From Tubiluchus corallicola (lineage: Eukaryota > Animalia > Priapulida): a DNA stretch of 64,000 bases. Location: positions 124,001-188,000 of the forward strand of contig JAQGDQ010000424.1 in assembly GCA_030141605.1 (NCBI GenBank). Direction: 5' to 3'. Below the pieces are notes generated by a model that had not been told where the DNA came from, searched no databases, and worked only from the letters and a program-made list of their open reading frames with translations. Shown piece after piece: positions 63,839-64,000 of this stretch (within the stretch, counting starts at the first letter, position 1; every line of letters begins with the position of its first letter). Position numbers and translations under genes: made by a program.

Positions 63839-64000
63839 AACATTTCCAGAATTTTTTTGTTGCAAATTTCACATCAAAATTAACATTTGTAATCAAAATT
63901 GCCCATGCTTACACTCATGCATTACATTACGTACAATAATAGCTCTACGTTTGCATAAAATGTCCTTTAATAGATATTTGGTACAAATTTTCTGCTGGAG

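Noticed and set aside
63180-63939. In-frame read-through from chitinase exon 4 into a Ser/Thr/Val/Ala-rich, mucin-like ORF
   Set aside because: A donor is present at 63180, read-through would leave the GH18 barrel incomplete, and the 12-bp repeat is stop-free by composition.

Overview
This is AT-rich animal (invertebrate-type) genomic DNA with GT-AG spliced genes, dense MITEs and many minisatellites. There are no prokaryotic operons, rRNA, tRNA or CRISPR arrays. All genes are on the + strand. (1) The last five coding exons of MADD/Rab3-GEF (2711-25829), plus a candidate duplicated alternative last exon at 18345. (2) A ~3.6-4 kb tandem duplication (26261-30218 and 31189-34807) with a 970-bp foreign insert between the copies that carries most of MITD1. 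(3) A complete 9-exon, ~558-aa calpain with an N-terminal acylation motif and no penta-EF-hand domain (34371-48050). (4) The first four exons of a secreted GH18 chitinase (52891-63179, running off the window). The main candidate novelty is a three-parent chimeric gene: the duplicated calpain promoter and MGC exon 1 can splice in frame onto the MITD1 exon, followed by a copy of the MADD 3' region. Also notable are two calpain minisatellites grown from exon/intron junctions (arrays of copied splice donors), a duplicated acceptor, and an inverted chitinase exon copy that differs only at synonymous sites. Exon boundaries, phases and difference counts were read by eye, and family assignments rest on remembered motifs, not database searches.
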